Position numbers and translations under genes: made by a program. From Parcubacteria group bacterium (GTDB lineage: Bacteria; Patescibacteriota; Minisyncoccia; Moranbacterales; UBA2206): a stretch of DNA of 64,000 bases. The notes under the pieces are model-generated. The model was not told the origin of the DNA, did no database searches, and worked only from the letters and a program-made list of their open reading frames with translations. Below, one piece after another: positions 55,610-64,000 of this stretch. How positions within the stretch are numbered: position 1 is the first letter of the stretch; each line of letters begins with the position of its first letter. The DNA is taken from the NCBI GenBank assembly GCA_041674205.1, contig JBAYWF010000002.1, forward strand, positions 46,940-110,939. Direction: 5' to 3'.

Positions 55610-56623
55610 TCAATTCTTGGCCAGCAAGTTGGTGATGAGCGCGATCATGGTTTCTTTTTCTTTCGGATGGCTTTCCGCCACGAGCAAGGCCAGCGCCGTC
55701 AAAGCGTTGTCATTGATTTTCTTTTCTCCATTGGCGCCGTAGAGATAATTATTGCGGTCCAAAAAATAGATAAACAGGAAAGCTCCCATACGTTTGTTGC
55801 CATCGGAAAACGGATGATCCTTGATTACTAGGTACAGCAAGTGCGCCGCCTTGCTTTCCAAATCAGCATACAATTCCTTGCCGTCGAAAGTTTGGTATAG
55901 GTTTTTGATGACCGATTCGAACGCGCCACCCCTTTCATTGCCGAAAATATCACCCGCTTCTTTCTTAGCCAGCAATTCCCTTTTGACTTCCGTCACGATT
56001 TTTTGGCAATCTTCATACCGCAAAACGAATTTGGCCTTGCCTGCGCGCGCCTTCTTCAAACTGCTCTTATCATATTGCTCCAAGAGGGTCAAAGTCTTGG
56101 CGTAGTCCGCCAACAGATCCATAATTTCAACCTCTTGCCCTTTCAACGTTTTCGCGTGGACTTTTTCCCGCAAGAAGGAAATGGTTTTTTGCAGTTTTTC
56201 AAAATTTTCCTTTTCCTGCAAAAGCCTTTTCTGATTGATGGTGTAGCCTTTTAACAAATGCTCCCGCAATACATTGGTCGCCCAGATGCGGAATTGGGTG
56301 GCGCGAGTCGAATTGACCCGATAACCGATAGAAATAACAGCATCTAGATTATAAAATTGGATTTTATAGACTTTACCATCAGAGGCAGTATGTTCCAAAA
56401 TGGAACTAACTGAACTCTTCTTCAGCTCGCCGGATTTAAAGACATTTTGCAAATGTTTTGTAATTGCAGGTCTCTGCGTACCAAAAAGCATTGCAATTTG
56501 ATCCTGCGTAAGCCAAACTGTTTCTTTCTCGAATTTAATCTCCAATTCAACCTCCCCTGCCTTGGATTTGTAAATTATGACTTCACCTTCTTGTGGAACC
56601 TTTTTTAAGTTTTGTTTTACCAT
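55610..56623 (-). CDS. RhuM-Fic/Doc fusion protein
   Basis: WLTQ.QIA.LF, YNLDAVISIGYRVNS.RATQFR.WA, HPFSDGNKR. Confidence 0.92.
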   Translation of the reverse strand: MVKQNLKKVPQEGEVIIYKSKAGEVELEIKFEKETVWLTQDQIAMLFGTQRPAITKHLQNVFKSGELKKSSVSSILEHTASDGKVYKIQFYNLDAVISIGYRVNSTRATQFRIWATNVLREHLLKGYTINQKRLLQEKENFEKLQKTISFLREKVHAKTLKGQEVEIMDLLADYAKTLTLLEQYDKSSLKKARAGKAKFVLRYEDCQKIVTEVKRELLAKKEAGDIFGNERGGAFESVIKNLYQTFDGKELYADLESKAAHLLYLVIKDHPFSDGNKRMGAFLFIYFLDRNNYLYGANGEKKINDNALTALALLVAESHPKEKETMIALITNLLAKN

Positions 56624-56724
56624 ATTTTTTAACTTATTTGATTATAGTGATATAGTATCATTATAATCGAATCCGTCAACCCTTCACGACCTTGTTTATT
56701 GCAACTATCAAAAAACGCATGGAC

Positions 56725-56752
56725 ATTCTCACATTCTCGAGAATGTGAGAAT
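56725..56752. repeat. palindrome family A copy (perfect 28 bp)
   Basis: attctcacattctc|gagaatgtgagaat, 4 nt beyond the HAD stop. Confidence 0.85.
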
Positions 56753-56756
56753 ATGT

Positions 56757-57368
56757 TCATTGCCCATCATCATCCAGGAAATTCCCGAGCTCAGAAATGT
56801 TCAAAAAATCTATGCCGGCGGCCTGGGCCGCGCCGCTGTCGGCCCGGCTATCGCCGATAAGCAGGTATCGCGATTTCGGAAAGCTCCCGTCAAAAATCAA
56901 GGAAAAACCGTCCGCCCGCGGTTTGATATACCGGACATCGTTGCGCGTAACGATCTTTGCGAAAAATTTCGCCCAACCCAGCTCCTCCAAAATCAGCTGG
57001 ATCGTCCGCCGGTCATTGGATGTCCATAAATATAATTCGGCATACTTCCGGGATAATTCGAGCAGGGGCGCCGCGAGCGGCGACAAGTCGTAGCCGTAAA
57101 AAAAATCTTTTTCAATCCCGAAATTCATTTCATTCATCCTCTCGCTGGCCGCATCGCCACCTTTTTCGATGCAAAGATTTATCTTCTCGGAATAATTCAA
57201 ATCAGGGCTCTCGCTGAAATCCAACCCGAACTCGGAAAAAATGCCATCCAGCTCCTCGCACCAAGGCTTCCAATCGACCAACAACGTGCAGAGCGTCTTG
57301 TCGAAATCGAAAATAATATGCTTGATGTCTTTTTCTTGGATGTAGTTTTCGAACTGTTCTTTTTTCAT
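56757..57368 (-). CDS. HAD family phosphatase
   Basis: FDFDKTL, WTSN, KP, IGDS..D...A. Confidence 0.9.
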   Translation of the reverse strand: MKKEQFENYIQEKDIKHIIFDFDKTLCTLLVDWKPWCEELDGIFSEFGLDFSESPDLNYSEKINLCIEKGGDAASERMNEMNFGIEKDFFYGYDLSPLAAPLLELSRKYAELYLWTSNDRRTIQLILEELGWAKFFAKIVTRNDVRYIKPRADGFSLIFDGSFPKSRYLLIGDSRADSGAAQAAGIDFLNISELGNFLDDDGQ

Positions 57369-57403
57369 GTTTTTTTGCAAATAATCAAACCCAAAATGGG
57401 AAA

Positions 57404-57431
57404 TTTAATACGTATAAAGGTAAGTGTTAAA
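57404..57431. repeat. palindrome family B copy
   Basis: tttaatacgtataaaggtaagtgttaaa. Confidence 0.8.
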
Positions 57432-57656
57432 ATCATTCACTGATCTCGATTTAAGTATAGCACCTTAAAATATATGGCCAAATAAAAATACTACTGATGA
57501 AAACCACTGCCGGTGTCAGCCTGCCGCATACGCGAAACATCAAAGGGGAAATAAAAAAAGGCCGCTTCCTGGTTAGGGGCGACCTTCGTGAAAAATTATT
57601 CGAGTTTATTTATATATGCTTGTTTGTACGTGGCATTCTTTTTCTTCGGGAGATGA

Positions 57657-58283
57657 TTAGGTGGCAGGCTGCATACCTTTAAGCTTATTTATCCCTCTGC
57701 GTTCAGCCTCGATTATTTGAATGAAAATAGGATAATAACCTTTCTTATCATCGATCGGGTCGCCATAAATATTATACGCCATATTCCCCCGCCTTTTTGT
57801 TTCCCACAAGAAACCATCGAAACTCTCTTTGCCAGCATTGCAAAGAAACATTTCCCCGGACTTAAGTTCCGGATGCCGGTCATTTGAAAAGGGTTTTTCA
57901 TGGATGATATTGATTTCTCCGCCTTTTTCATATGCCCTTAAATCCTGACTTAATCCGATTGGTTCCGATTTGTAATCCTTGGGACCATTCTTGAAAAAAG
58001 CCATCCCGACGCAACCCACCAAAGTCAATGAATTCGTCCGGGCAAAAGCGAGAAAATCTTCAAAAACTTCTCTCCATGTATTACTGAAAGGCGAAACACC
58101 TTCATTAACAGAGATGGCCATGTATCTTGTCATACTATGGACTTCATTTTTAATCCGGAAAATTGCATGATCAGGAGATGATGGTGGAGATTCCACCAGA
58201 GCATGCGGGAAAAAACTAAAGCTGGAAAGTTGCAAAACTGGCGTTTCTCGCTCTCCTTTGGTTGGCTCTCTAAGGATGGCCAT
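57657..58283 (-). CDS. hypothetical protein
   Basis: GGAGG RBS before ATG 58283; C-terminal HPEL..GE.FL.N...W.TKR.G..AY...G...YPIF block. Confidence 0.65.
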   Translation of the reverse strand: MAILREPTKGERETPVLQLSSFSFFPHALVESPPSSPDHAIFRIKNEVHSMTRYMAISVNEGVSPFSNTWREVFEDFLAFARTNSLTLVGCVGMAFFKNGPKDYKSEPIGLSQDLRAYEKGGEINIIHEKPFSNDRHPELKSGEMFLCNAGKESFDGFLWETKRRGNMAYNIYGDPIDDKKGYYPIFIQIIEAERRGINKLKGMQPAT

Positions 58284-58489
58284 GGCTTTTCCTCCACTGT
58301 TGATTTTTTATCTATGAATCACATTGTAATTGTTTGTAAAAGTAATATGGCATCCTACTAATAAAACGCGATTTTGTCAATAAAAAAATGCCTTCACAAC
58401 GTGCCTATTATCCCGCCGTGAAGGAAAAATTTATTTCCGAAGGTCCAACCTTCGAAGCCAATGACACGTAGCCGACTCCTCAATTAAAA

Positions 58490-58726
58490 TCATTCTATCC
58501 TCCGCCAATGCCGGTGTTCGACATAGACGATCCGCCACCAGGTTTGGCCCAGAAAATATCCGCCGATGAGGCCGGCAAGGAAAAACGCAGCACTGGCATA
58601 TCCCGGCAAGCCGTCCACCGCCCCGCTATTCAAATAGCGGATATCCAGCAAGCCGAACGCAATCACCGCCAACAGTACTCCCAAAAACATCGTGAGGATG
58701 ATATAGATTGTTTTTTTGATTTGCAT
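58490..58726 (-). CDS. small two-TM hypothetical protein
   Basis: two hydrophobic segments, G..WWR.VYVE. Confidence 0.7.
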   Translation of the reverse strand: MQIKKTIYIILTMFLGVLLAVIAFGLLDIRYLNSGAVDGLPGYASAAFFLAGLIGGYFLGQTWWRIVYVEHRHWRRIE

Positions 58727-58746
58727 TTGGTTTTGATTTGAAAAAA

Positions 58747-58774
58747 TTTAATACGTATTAAGGTAAGTATTTAA
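58747..58774. repeat. palindrome family B copy
   Basis: tttaatacgtattaaggtaagtatttaa overlapping the peptidase stop. Confidence 0.8.
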
Positions 58775-59364
58775 TCATGTATATCCACAACAACGAACTC
58801 CGTTTCTTTCACCGCATACACCGGCAATTTTTCCGCGTAGCCTTCCAGCATTTCCAATTTATCCCTTCCACTCGTTGCCGCATATTCCCCGGTCGACAAA
58901 TAGTGCGCGATCATTTTCGCATGCAAAAAATCCAGGCCTGCTAGGATTTTATCATGATCTTGGTCATAATAGTATTTCATAAACACCAAAGCGCCGGCTG
59001 AAGAACCTGCCACGACCTTGCTCTCGAATAATCTTTGAAGATCAGGAACTTTTTCCAACTGGGTCTGCAGCATCGGCGTCGATCCTCCGCGGATATAGAC
59101 GACATCGCACCATTCCACCTGTTTGGCGAATTCCCCCGGATCGGCGCTGGCGATTTGGAATCCGATTTCGCGGCCATCCGCGCGTGCCTCAAATTTATTT
59201 TCATGCTCCCCTGCCAATCCAGCCCACCGTTCCTTTTCCACGGCGAAATACGTCAACAAAATCTTGGCCGGTCCGGAAACCGAGCCCAGGATTTCTTTAT
59301 AGTATTTATCGTTGCTTTCACAAGGCACGCCCGCCATGCCGCCGTGGAGGAAATATTTGGTCAT
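58771..59364 (-). CDS. peptidase S51 (peptidase E)-like protein
   Basis: LHGG, YIRGG.T..L, GSSAGA, H. Confidence 0.85.
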   Translation of the reverse strand: MTKYFLHGGMAGVPCESNDKYYKEILGSVSGPAKILLTYFAVEKERWAGLAGEHENKFEARADGREIGFQIASADPGEFAKQVEWCDVVYIRGGSTPMLQTQLEKVPDLQRLFESKVVAGSSAGALVFMKYYYDQDHDKILAGLDFLHAKMIAHYLSTGEYAATSGRDKLEMLEGYAEKLPVYAVKETEFVVVDIHD

Positions 59365-59420
59365 AGGTTTTGGTTGGAATATTTAATATACGTTAATACA
59401 ATCACCTTGAATTATTTTGT

Positions 59421-59447
59421 TGGCTTTCTGCAGAATGTGGGAATGTT
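59421..59447. repeat. palindrome family A copy (partial)
   Basis: tggctttctgcagaatgtgggaatgtt. Confidence 0.8.
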
Positions 59448-59458
59448 GTTTTTTATAT

Positions 59459-59992
59459 CTATTCCCTTCCGATCTTGTCCAACAATCCATCAAAGGGGAA
59501 ATTTTCAGTATAGATAATCGGGTTTTCAGCTTTAGTCGGACGTTCGAAATTAATAGCATCTTCTGTCAGCCAGCCTGAGGGAACATCATGCCTGTCGCGA
59601 GTTATTTTGTTGCGCGCCTTCCTTTCCTTCAACACCTCAACGGGAATATCCAGATATACTAAAGAAAAATCGACACCCATATCTTTCGCTACGGCACGCA
59701 GATCTTCACGCTGGCGGAAAAGCAAGCAGTTGTCGTCAAAAACCACCGAATTGCCGATGAGCAATTGGTTCTTGGCTCCCTGCACGGCAATCGGCCAGAG
59801 ATTGTTCCACAGCGAATCATCATCGTCGTCCGGCGTGCTTTCAAGGGCTAATATTTTTTCAATGGCAAAATAGATGCGATCGCGCCCGACTATTTCCGCC
59901 CCAAAAGACTCGGACAATTTCTTGGAAAGTGTCGTCTTTCCGGAAAAAGCTTCCCCGCAAAGAATAATGAGACGCTGTTTTTCCTTTTTCAT
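59459..59992 (-). CDS. AAA_33-type P-loop kinase
   Basis: CG...SGKTT, D.I, VVFDD, R..LR, FE.P...E; ATG 59992. Confidence 0.85.
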   Translation of the reverse strand: MKKEKQRLIILCGEAFSGKTTLSKKLSESFGAEIVGRDRIYFAIEKILALESTPDDDDDSLWNNLWPIAVQGAKNQLLIGNSVVFDDNCLLFRQREDLRAVAKDMGVDFSLVYLDIPVEVLKERKARNKITRDRHDVPSGWLTEDAINFERPTKAENPIIYTENFPFDGLLDKIGRE

Positions 59993-60032
59993 ATCATTTT
60001 TAATGTTAATTGATTGTGGATTATCCCGCACT

Positions 60033-60066
60033 GACATTCTGTCTTTCTGCAGAATGTGAGAATGTC
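60033..60066. repeat. palindrome family A copy
   Basis: gacattct-gtct-ttctgcagaa-tgtg-agaatgtc, 6 nt beyond the HTH stop. Confidence 0.85.
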
Positions 60067-60072
60067 GTTTTA

Positions 60073-60372
60073 CTAGAATGTTCTTATGAATTTCAGGAAG
60101 AGCTTGCCATAGGGCGAAAGTGAATGCCGGATTCCCCTACCTTGGCGGGTCTTATTGATTAGTCCGGATTGCACCAGTTTTTTAGTATGTTCGGAAATGG
60201 TTTTGATATTGCCTCGCATGATCGCGCAGATGCTATCCAGCGTGATTCCGTCATGTTCAGCCACTATAAACAAAATCTCTATCCTTCGGTGGTTAGCTAC
60301 GCCTTTCAAGTGCCGTTCCATCTGCCGGGGAGTTTTTTGCTTCTTTTCAATTTTTCTCTTTTTGGCTAACAT
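60073..60372 (-). CDS. ArsR-like winged-helix DNA-binding protein
   Basis: AN.RRIEIL, TISEH.K.L..SGLI. Confidence 0.85.
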   Translation of the reverse strand: MLAKKRKIEKKQKTPRQMERHLKGVANHRRIEILFIVAEHDGITLDSICAIMRGNIKTISEHTKKLVQSGLINKTRQGRGIRHSLSPYGKLFLKFIRTF

Positions 60373-60438
60373 AATTTAATTTTATAACCGCCAACACACT
60401 ATCATATTTCAATAATATCACAATCCTACCATCCCACA

Positions 60439-60471
60439 ACATCCTGGCTTTCTGCAGAATGTCGGAATGTC
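60439..60471. repeat. palindrome family A copy
   Basis: acatcctggctttctgcagaatgtcggaatgtc. Confidence 0.8.
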
Positions 60472-60499
60472 GCGGTGGCATATGTGTGATATGTGCGGG

Positions 60500-60619
60500 C
60501 TATTTCAGATTGAAGGCTTGGTGCGGGATGGATTGCTCGAGAGCGGCAAGGTCGGATTGGGTGGATTTTTGGCGAGCCTGCAAGCGGGCGATTTTTTCGC
60601 GATTTACATCCAGCCGCAT
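60500..60619 (-). pseudogene. remnant resembling the C-terminal coiled coil of a type I R-M specificity subunit (HsdS)
   Basis: MRLDVNREKIARLQARQKSTQSDLAALEQSIPHQAFNLK*, compare HsdS ..L..L.QSIL..AF. Confidence 0.6.
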
Positions 60620-60627
60620 GATGATCC

Positions 60628-61095
60628 CTAATTCAAAATCCAAATCGAATAATTAAGATAGCCGGCGAAGCTGACCCAAAGAATATATGGCGCCAGAAGC
60701 CAGGCGGCTGTCTTGGAAATTTTGGCGAAGGCGATGATTGTGGCAAGGATGGCCAGCCAAAGAAAAGTCATCTCTAAAAGCGCGCCGCCTGGGGAATGGA
60801 GGCCGAAAAAGACAATCGACCAAAGCGCGTTCAAAACCATCTGGATCCCGAAAGTCCAAAAAGCCAAGCGTTTGTTTTTTCCGCCTTCGTCCGTCCAGAC
60901 AAGATAGAGCGCGTAGCCCATCAAAAGAAACAGCGCCGTCCAGACCGGACCGAATACCCACGCCGGCGGATTGAGAGCGGGCTTCACCAGCACCGGATAC
61001 CAATTTTTCACCGAACCGATCGTAAAAAAACTCCCCAATCCTCCCGCCAATTGCGGGATAAGAAGTGAAATGATGAGTTTGTATATTTTTTTCAT
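60628..61095 (-). CDS. tspO: TspO/MBR tryptophan-rich sensory protein
   Basis: WY..L.KP...PP.WVFGPVWT.L, LN.LWS..FFG, PY..W.SFA..LN. Confidence 0.95.
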   Translation of the reverse strand: MKKIYKLIISLLIPQLAGGLGSFFTIGSVKNWYPVLVKPALNPPAWVFGPVWTALFLLMGYALYLVWTDEGGKNKRLAFWTFGIQMVLNALWSIVFFGLHSPGGALLEMTFLWLAILATIIAFAKISKTAAWLLAPYILWVSFAGYLNYSIWILN

Positions 61096-61209
61096 ATATT
61101 TATTTTATTTTTTAATTGAGCAATAAAGGTACCCGACCCATTTTAATCATGGTTTTGTGACATGATTGGATGCGCTAATGCTTATTTTTTGCTTTTATTA
61201 TATCATGCT

Positions 61210-61243
61210 GACATTCTGGCTTTCTGCAGAATGTGGGAATATC
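61210..61243. repeat. palindrome family A copy
   Basis: gacattctggctttctgcagaatgtgggaatatc. Confidence 0.85.
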
Positions 61244-61288
61244 GTTGTTGCTGTTTTTTTAAAAATAAACCTTCAGGACTAGCTTGAA

Positions 61289-61768
61289 TTATTTTACAAA
61301 ATTTTTGATTGCACTAATAAACTTTCCCGGTTCTGCCTCAATAGCCTTTTTCAATTCATCCCTGGAAAACCATCTGATCGCTTCCACCTCTTTCGGTTCA
61401 ATTTTAAATTCATTCAATCCTCTATCTAAAACTATTTTGTACCATTGGCAGAAATAATTATAGGTTCGGCTAACCCTGACCTTTTGAGCCTTCTCAAATT
61501 CAATTCCGCTCAAACCGATTTCCTCCTCTGCTTCTTTCACGATGTTGCTGTCATATGTTTCTCCCTCATCATTTGTTCCGGAAACGGCCGAACCCCATTT
61601 GCCAGGACTATGGCTCTTATTGAAAGATCTTTGAGCCAAAAGAACCTCGCCCTTGCTATTCTCAATCCACAAAGCACTGACGCGATAGATGTCATCGCGA
61701 ATCACTGAATCTCTTTCCTTGCTTCCGATAATTTCATCCTGCTCATTAACTATGATTATTTTTGCCAT
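61289..61768 (-). CDS. NUDIX hydrolase (IDI/YfcD-like)
   Basis: VNE.D..IG, LLAQRS..K...PG.W, G....GE......EAEEEIG. Confidence 0.88.
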   Translation of the reverse strand: MAKIIIVNEQDEIIGSKERDSVIRDDIYRVSALWIENSKGEVLLAQRSFNKSHSPGKWGSAVSGTNDEGETYDSNIVKEAEEEIGLSGIEFEKAQKVRVSRTYNYFCQWYKIVLDRGLNEFKIEPKEVEAIRWFSRDELKKAIEAEPGKFISAIKNFVK

Positions 61769-61881
61769 AAAAAAAATTAAATTACTGAATTCCCTCCATA
61801 GGCGAGTAAAAAATTCATGAATTGTAGTCGAGGACCGTCCTTTTTAAGCATGAATTTTTTCCCGTATCGGGCTTGGTTAAA

Positions 61882-61913
61882 AATTTAATACTTATCAAGG
61901 TAAGTATTAAATT
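61882..61913. repeat. palindrome family B copy (perfect 13-bp arms)
   Basis: aatttaatactta-tcaagg-taagtattaaatt, 6 nt beyond the NERD stop. Confidence 0.85.
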
Positions 61914-61919
61914 ACGTAA

Positions 61920-62714
61920 TTATATAACTGTCATTTTTTTATTTTCTTCACCTGATCTGATATACCGAGAAATTTGAAAAGATATTTCATTAACATCATC
62001 CCCACTAAATATTTCCTTTTCATTCGCTAGATATTTCGGTAAAGCTTTTGGCTCTAAAACCCACACGTCATTATTTTTCTTACTTGCCTTAATGAACCAT
62101 CCTGGATACACAACCACCGCCTTAACTGAAACATCTCTGCCTGTTATTTTGAGAATAAGTTTTTGAAGCCAATCCCGTTGCGCCTTTGCTTGGATAATTG
62201 GTTTTTCTGATATAGTCCCTCCGTTCATTCGAATACCTTTACTATCGTAATCAATAATTGCCTGTCCCTTCCCAGGCTTGCTCCATGTTTTAGTTTCAAT
62301 CGTAAACGCTCCAGCTGGCCCGATGATAATGTGATCTAAGTTAAATCCATCGCCAATCAGATCATGAAAAACAAAATATCCCTTGGTTCTCAGCGATTCT
62401 AAAAATTGACCAACTTCTCTTTCACCATCCCTGCCCAATTTTCTATTACTTATTTCCTTTTTTGCATACATATATTTTGCAATAGCATATCCAGTGACAA
62501 CGATTGCAACGAACGTCCATACTTCTGGCAAGGGTGGCTTGTCGTATGTTTTTTCATACCATTGAAGGAGCGCTACGACAATGGTAAATATAGCCAACAA
62601 AGCTGGGGAAATAATGCTATCATAAGCAATATCTCGAATTTCTTCGGTTAGTGATTGACCTGGATAACGCAAGGGCTGAGCTTTTAGTGGCGACTTCTTT
62701 TTTATATTGGCCAT
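61920..62714 (-). CDS. NERD nuclease-related domain protein with two N-terminal TM helices
   Basis: G..GE..V...L, HD, NLDHIIIGPAG.F.IETK, P..QA..Q. Confidence 0.88.
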   Translation of the reverse strand: MANIKKKSPLKAQPLRYPGQSLTEEIRDIAYDSIISPALLAIFTIVVALLQWYEKTYDKPPLPEVWTFVAIVVTGYAIAKYMYAKKEISNRKLGRDGEREVGQFLESLRTKGYFVFHDLIGDGFNLDHIIIGPAGAFTIETKTWSKPGKGQAIIDYDSKGIRMNGGTISEKPIIQAKAQRDWLQKLILKITGRDVSVKAVVVYPGWFIKASKKNNDVWVLEPKALPKYLANEKEIFSGDDVNEISFQISRYIRSGEENKKMTVI

Positions 62715-62724
62715 TTTTTTATTT

Positions 62725-62750
62725 TAATTACTGAATTAATTCATGAATTA
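62725..62750. repeat. family C leader motif
   Basis: taattactgaattaattcatgaatta, identical at 63473-63498. Confidence 0.85.
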
Positions 62751-62816
62751 TGGTCGGAAATGATTAATTAATGATTGCTCATTATTTTGCCTTAAAAGGT
62801 GCCTGACCCCATATAT

Positions 62817-63455
62817 CTATTTCAATTTGATGTAAATTTCAGGATCACCCTTGATCAGATTTTTGATTTCTTCTATCCTATTTTGCAAGAAATAATCGAA
62901 CTCTTCCGGAATGACGTTCGGAAAATCATAATCATGTGAAACGACCAGGACAGTTTCAGCATCCTCTTTCAGTTTTCTCACTAAGGGCTTCAAATAGCTG
63001 AACGTGTCTATTATGACATCTCTCGCCTCATCGATATCATAGCCATCAGTCTCGCTGAATCTTTTTGCGATTTCAGCCAAGTTTTCATCATTGATCAATG
63101 CATACATCTGAATAAAAGAATCCTTAGTTGGTATATATTCATCAATTTGCTCCAATTTGAAATAGCCGACCAATGTACCTAATTGACTCATATATTGCTC
63201 ATCTCCCATAGCTGAATTTATCAAGGCTGATACCGAACCCATTTTTAAATAAATATTTTCCAGCCCAGCTAAAAAATCATCACCCCCATATCGGTAGGCG
63301 TCTTTTAATTCTGAAAAATGCTCAAAAAATTTATTTTCTTCCGATTCACCAGCCTTCTCCACGGAATCGGCTTTCTTCACAAAATCTAAAAACTCAGCCA
63401 AAGTTTTTTCAGCTTCATCCTTGTTGAACGCAAAAATTTCTGTTATAACACTCAT
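62817..63455 (-). CDS. acidic hypothetical protein
   Basis: 212-aa ORF co-oriented with neighbours. Confidence 0.7.
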   Translation of the reverse strand: MSVITEIFAFNKDEAEKTLAEFLDFVKKADSVEKAGESEENKFFEHFSELKDAYRYGGDDFLAGLENIYLKMGSVSALINSAMGDEQYMSQLGTLVGYFKLEQIDEYIPTKDSFIQMYALINDENLAEIAKRFSETDGYDIDEARDVIIDTFSYLKPLVRKLKEDAETVLVVSHDYDFPNVIPEEFDYFLQNRIEEIKNLIKGDPEIYIKLK

Positions 63456-63472
63456 TTTTTTAGGTAAGTAAT

Positions 63473-63498
63473 TAATTACTGAATTAATTCATGAATTA
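63473..63498. repeat. family C leader motif
   Basis: taattactgaattaattcatgaatta. Confidence 0.85.
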
Positions 63499-63592
63499 AA
63501 ATTATTTCTGAAACACAAACAAATGTTCATGCATAATTAGGAGGAAATTACTTTCCTTGGAGCGATTCACCCAAAAGCCTGTGGCTTTGCAA

Positions 63593-63796
63593 TTAAAATC
63601 CTTCTGGCTCATCAATTTTTCCTTTGCAATTTATACAAAAGAATTCTTGTGATTCAACACTTTCATCTCCATGAAAATCATTCCACTGCCTCGTTTCTAG
63701 ATCGAAAGAATAATAACGAGTTTCTTTTTGAACAATGCCAATAACTTCGTTAGTATTCCTGCAATGCTTACATGTATATTTTTTTAATTTTTCCAT
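63593..63796 (-). CDS. small zinc-ribbon protein
   Basis: CKHC ... CINC. Confidence 0.65.
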   Translation of the reverse strand: MEKLKKYTCKHCRNTNEVIGIVQKETRYYSFDLETRQWNDFHGDESVESQEFFCINCKGKIDEPEGF

Positions 63797-63797
63797 A

Positions 63798-63983
63798 TCA
63801 TTTTTCTTTTTTATCTTTCAGGTTAAAATGATAAGTTTTTTCATCTTTCAATTCAACTCCAATAACTTCATCAAACTCCATATCTTTGAGCCAAGCACTT
63901 TCTTCTTTGAAATTATCAAATGCTTCCTCCGCAACATTGCCTTTCCCCCATCCTAAAACTTGGCAATTTTCAACATCTGACAT
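63798..63983 (-). CDS. hypothetical protein, probably truncated by the window edge
   Basis: ORF ends 1 nt before the zinc-ribbon gene; frame appears open toward the edge. Confidence 0.55.
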   Translation of the reverse strand: MSDVENCQVLGWGKGNVAEEAFDNFKEESAWLKDMEFDEVIGVELKDEKTYHFNLKDKKEK

Positions 63984-64000
63984 GTCACTTTCTGAATCAG

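Noticed and set aside
54620-64000. Classical integron or CRISPR array
   Set aside because: No RYYYAAC/GTTRRRY attC cores or intI seen; repeats are separated by whole genes, not 30-40 nt spacers; no cas genes.

Overview
Chromosomal window of a CPR/Patescibacteria bacterium (Parcubacteria-like; inferred from rpmD/L30 missing between rpsE and rplO, rplA present, TGA used as stop). Layout: (1-9.6 kb) miaB/miaA/gatB and a thymidylate cluster (dut, tmk, folA, divergent thyA, dCMP deaminase) interleaved with a nucleotidyltransferase, an HxHxQ HIT enzyme, a NUDIX and a P-loop kinase; (11-14 kb) secE-nusG-rplK-rplA plus free-standing tRNA-Ala/tRNA-Ile; (14-18 kb) a MurL-MurD2 fusion and a degenerate D-aminoacylase; (18-37 kb) sugar/glycolytic genes (galT, tpiA, fba, gap) wrapped around an unusual hydrogenase locus: group 3b-like [NiFe] large and small subunits, hypACDEF, superoxide reductase, and NuoE + NuoF + an [FeFe]-hydrogenase-like subunit with an altered H-cluster pocket; a promoter- and terminator-bounded candidate ncRNA sits inside it; (37-52 kb) map, adk, secY, spc/S10 ribosomal operons, tuf; (52-64 kb) recQ and a run of small co-oriented accessory genes separated by several families of short palindromic or repeated sites. 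Best leads: the [NiFe]+[FeFe]-like hybrid module, the ncRNA at 32408-32542, the palindrome-punctuated gene array, the nucleotide cluster and MurL-MurD2. All calls come from motif recognition by eye; no searches were run.
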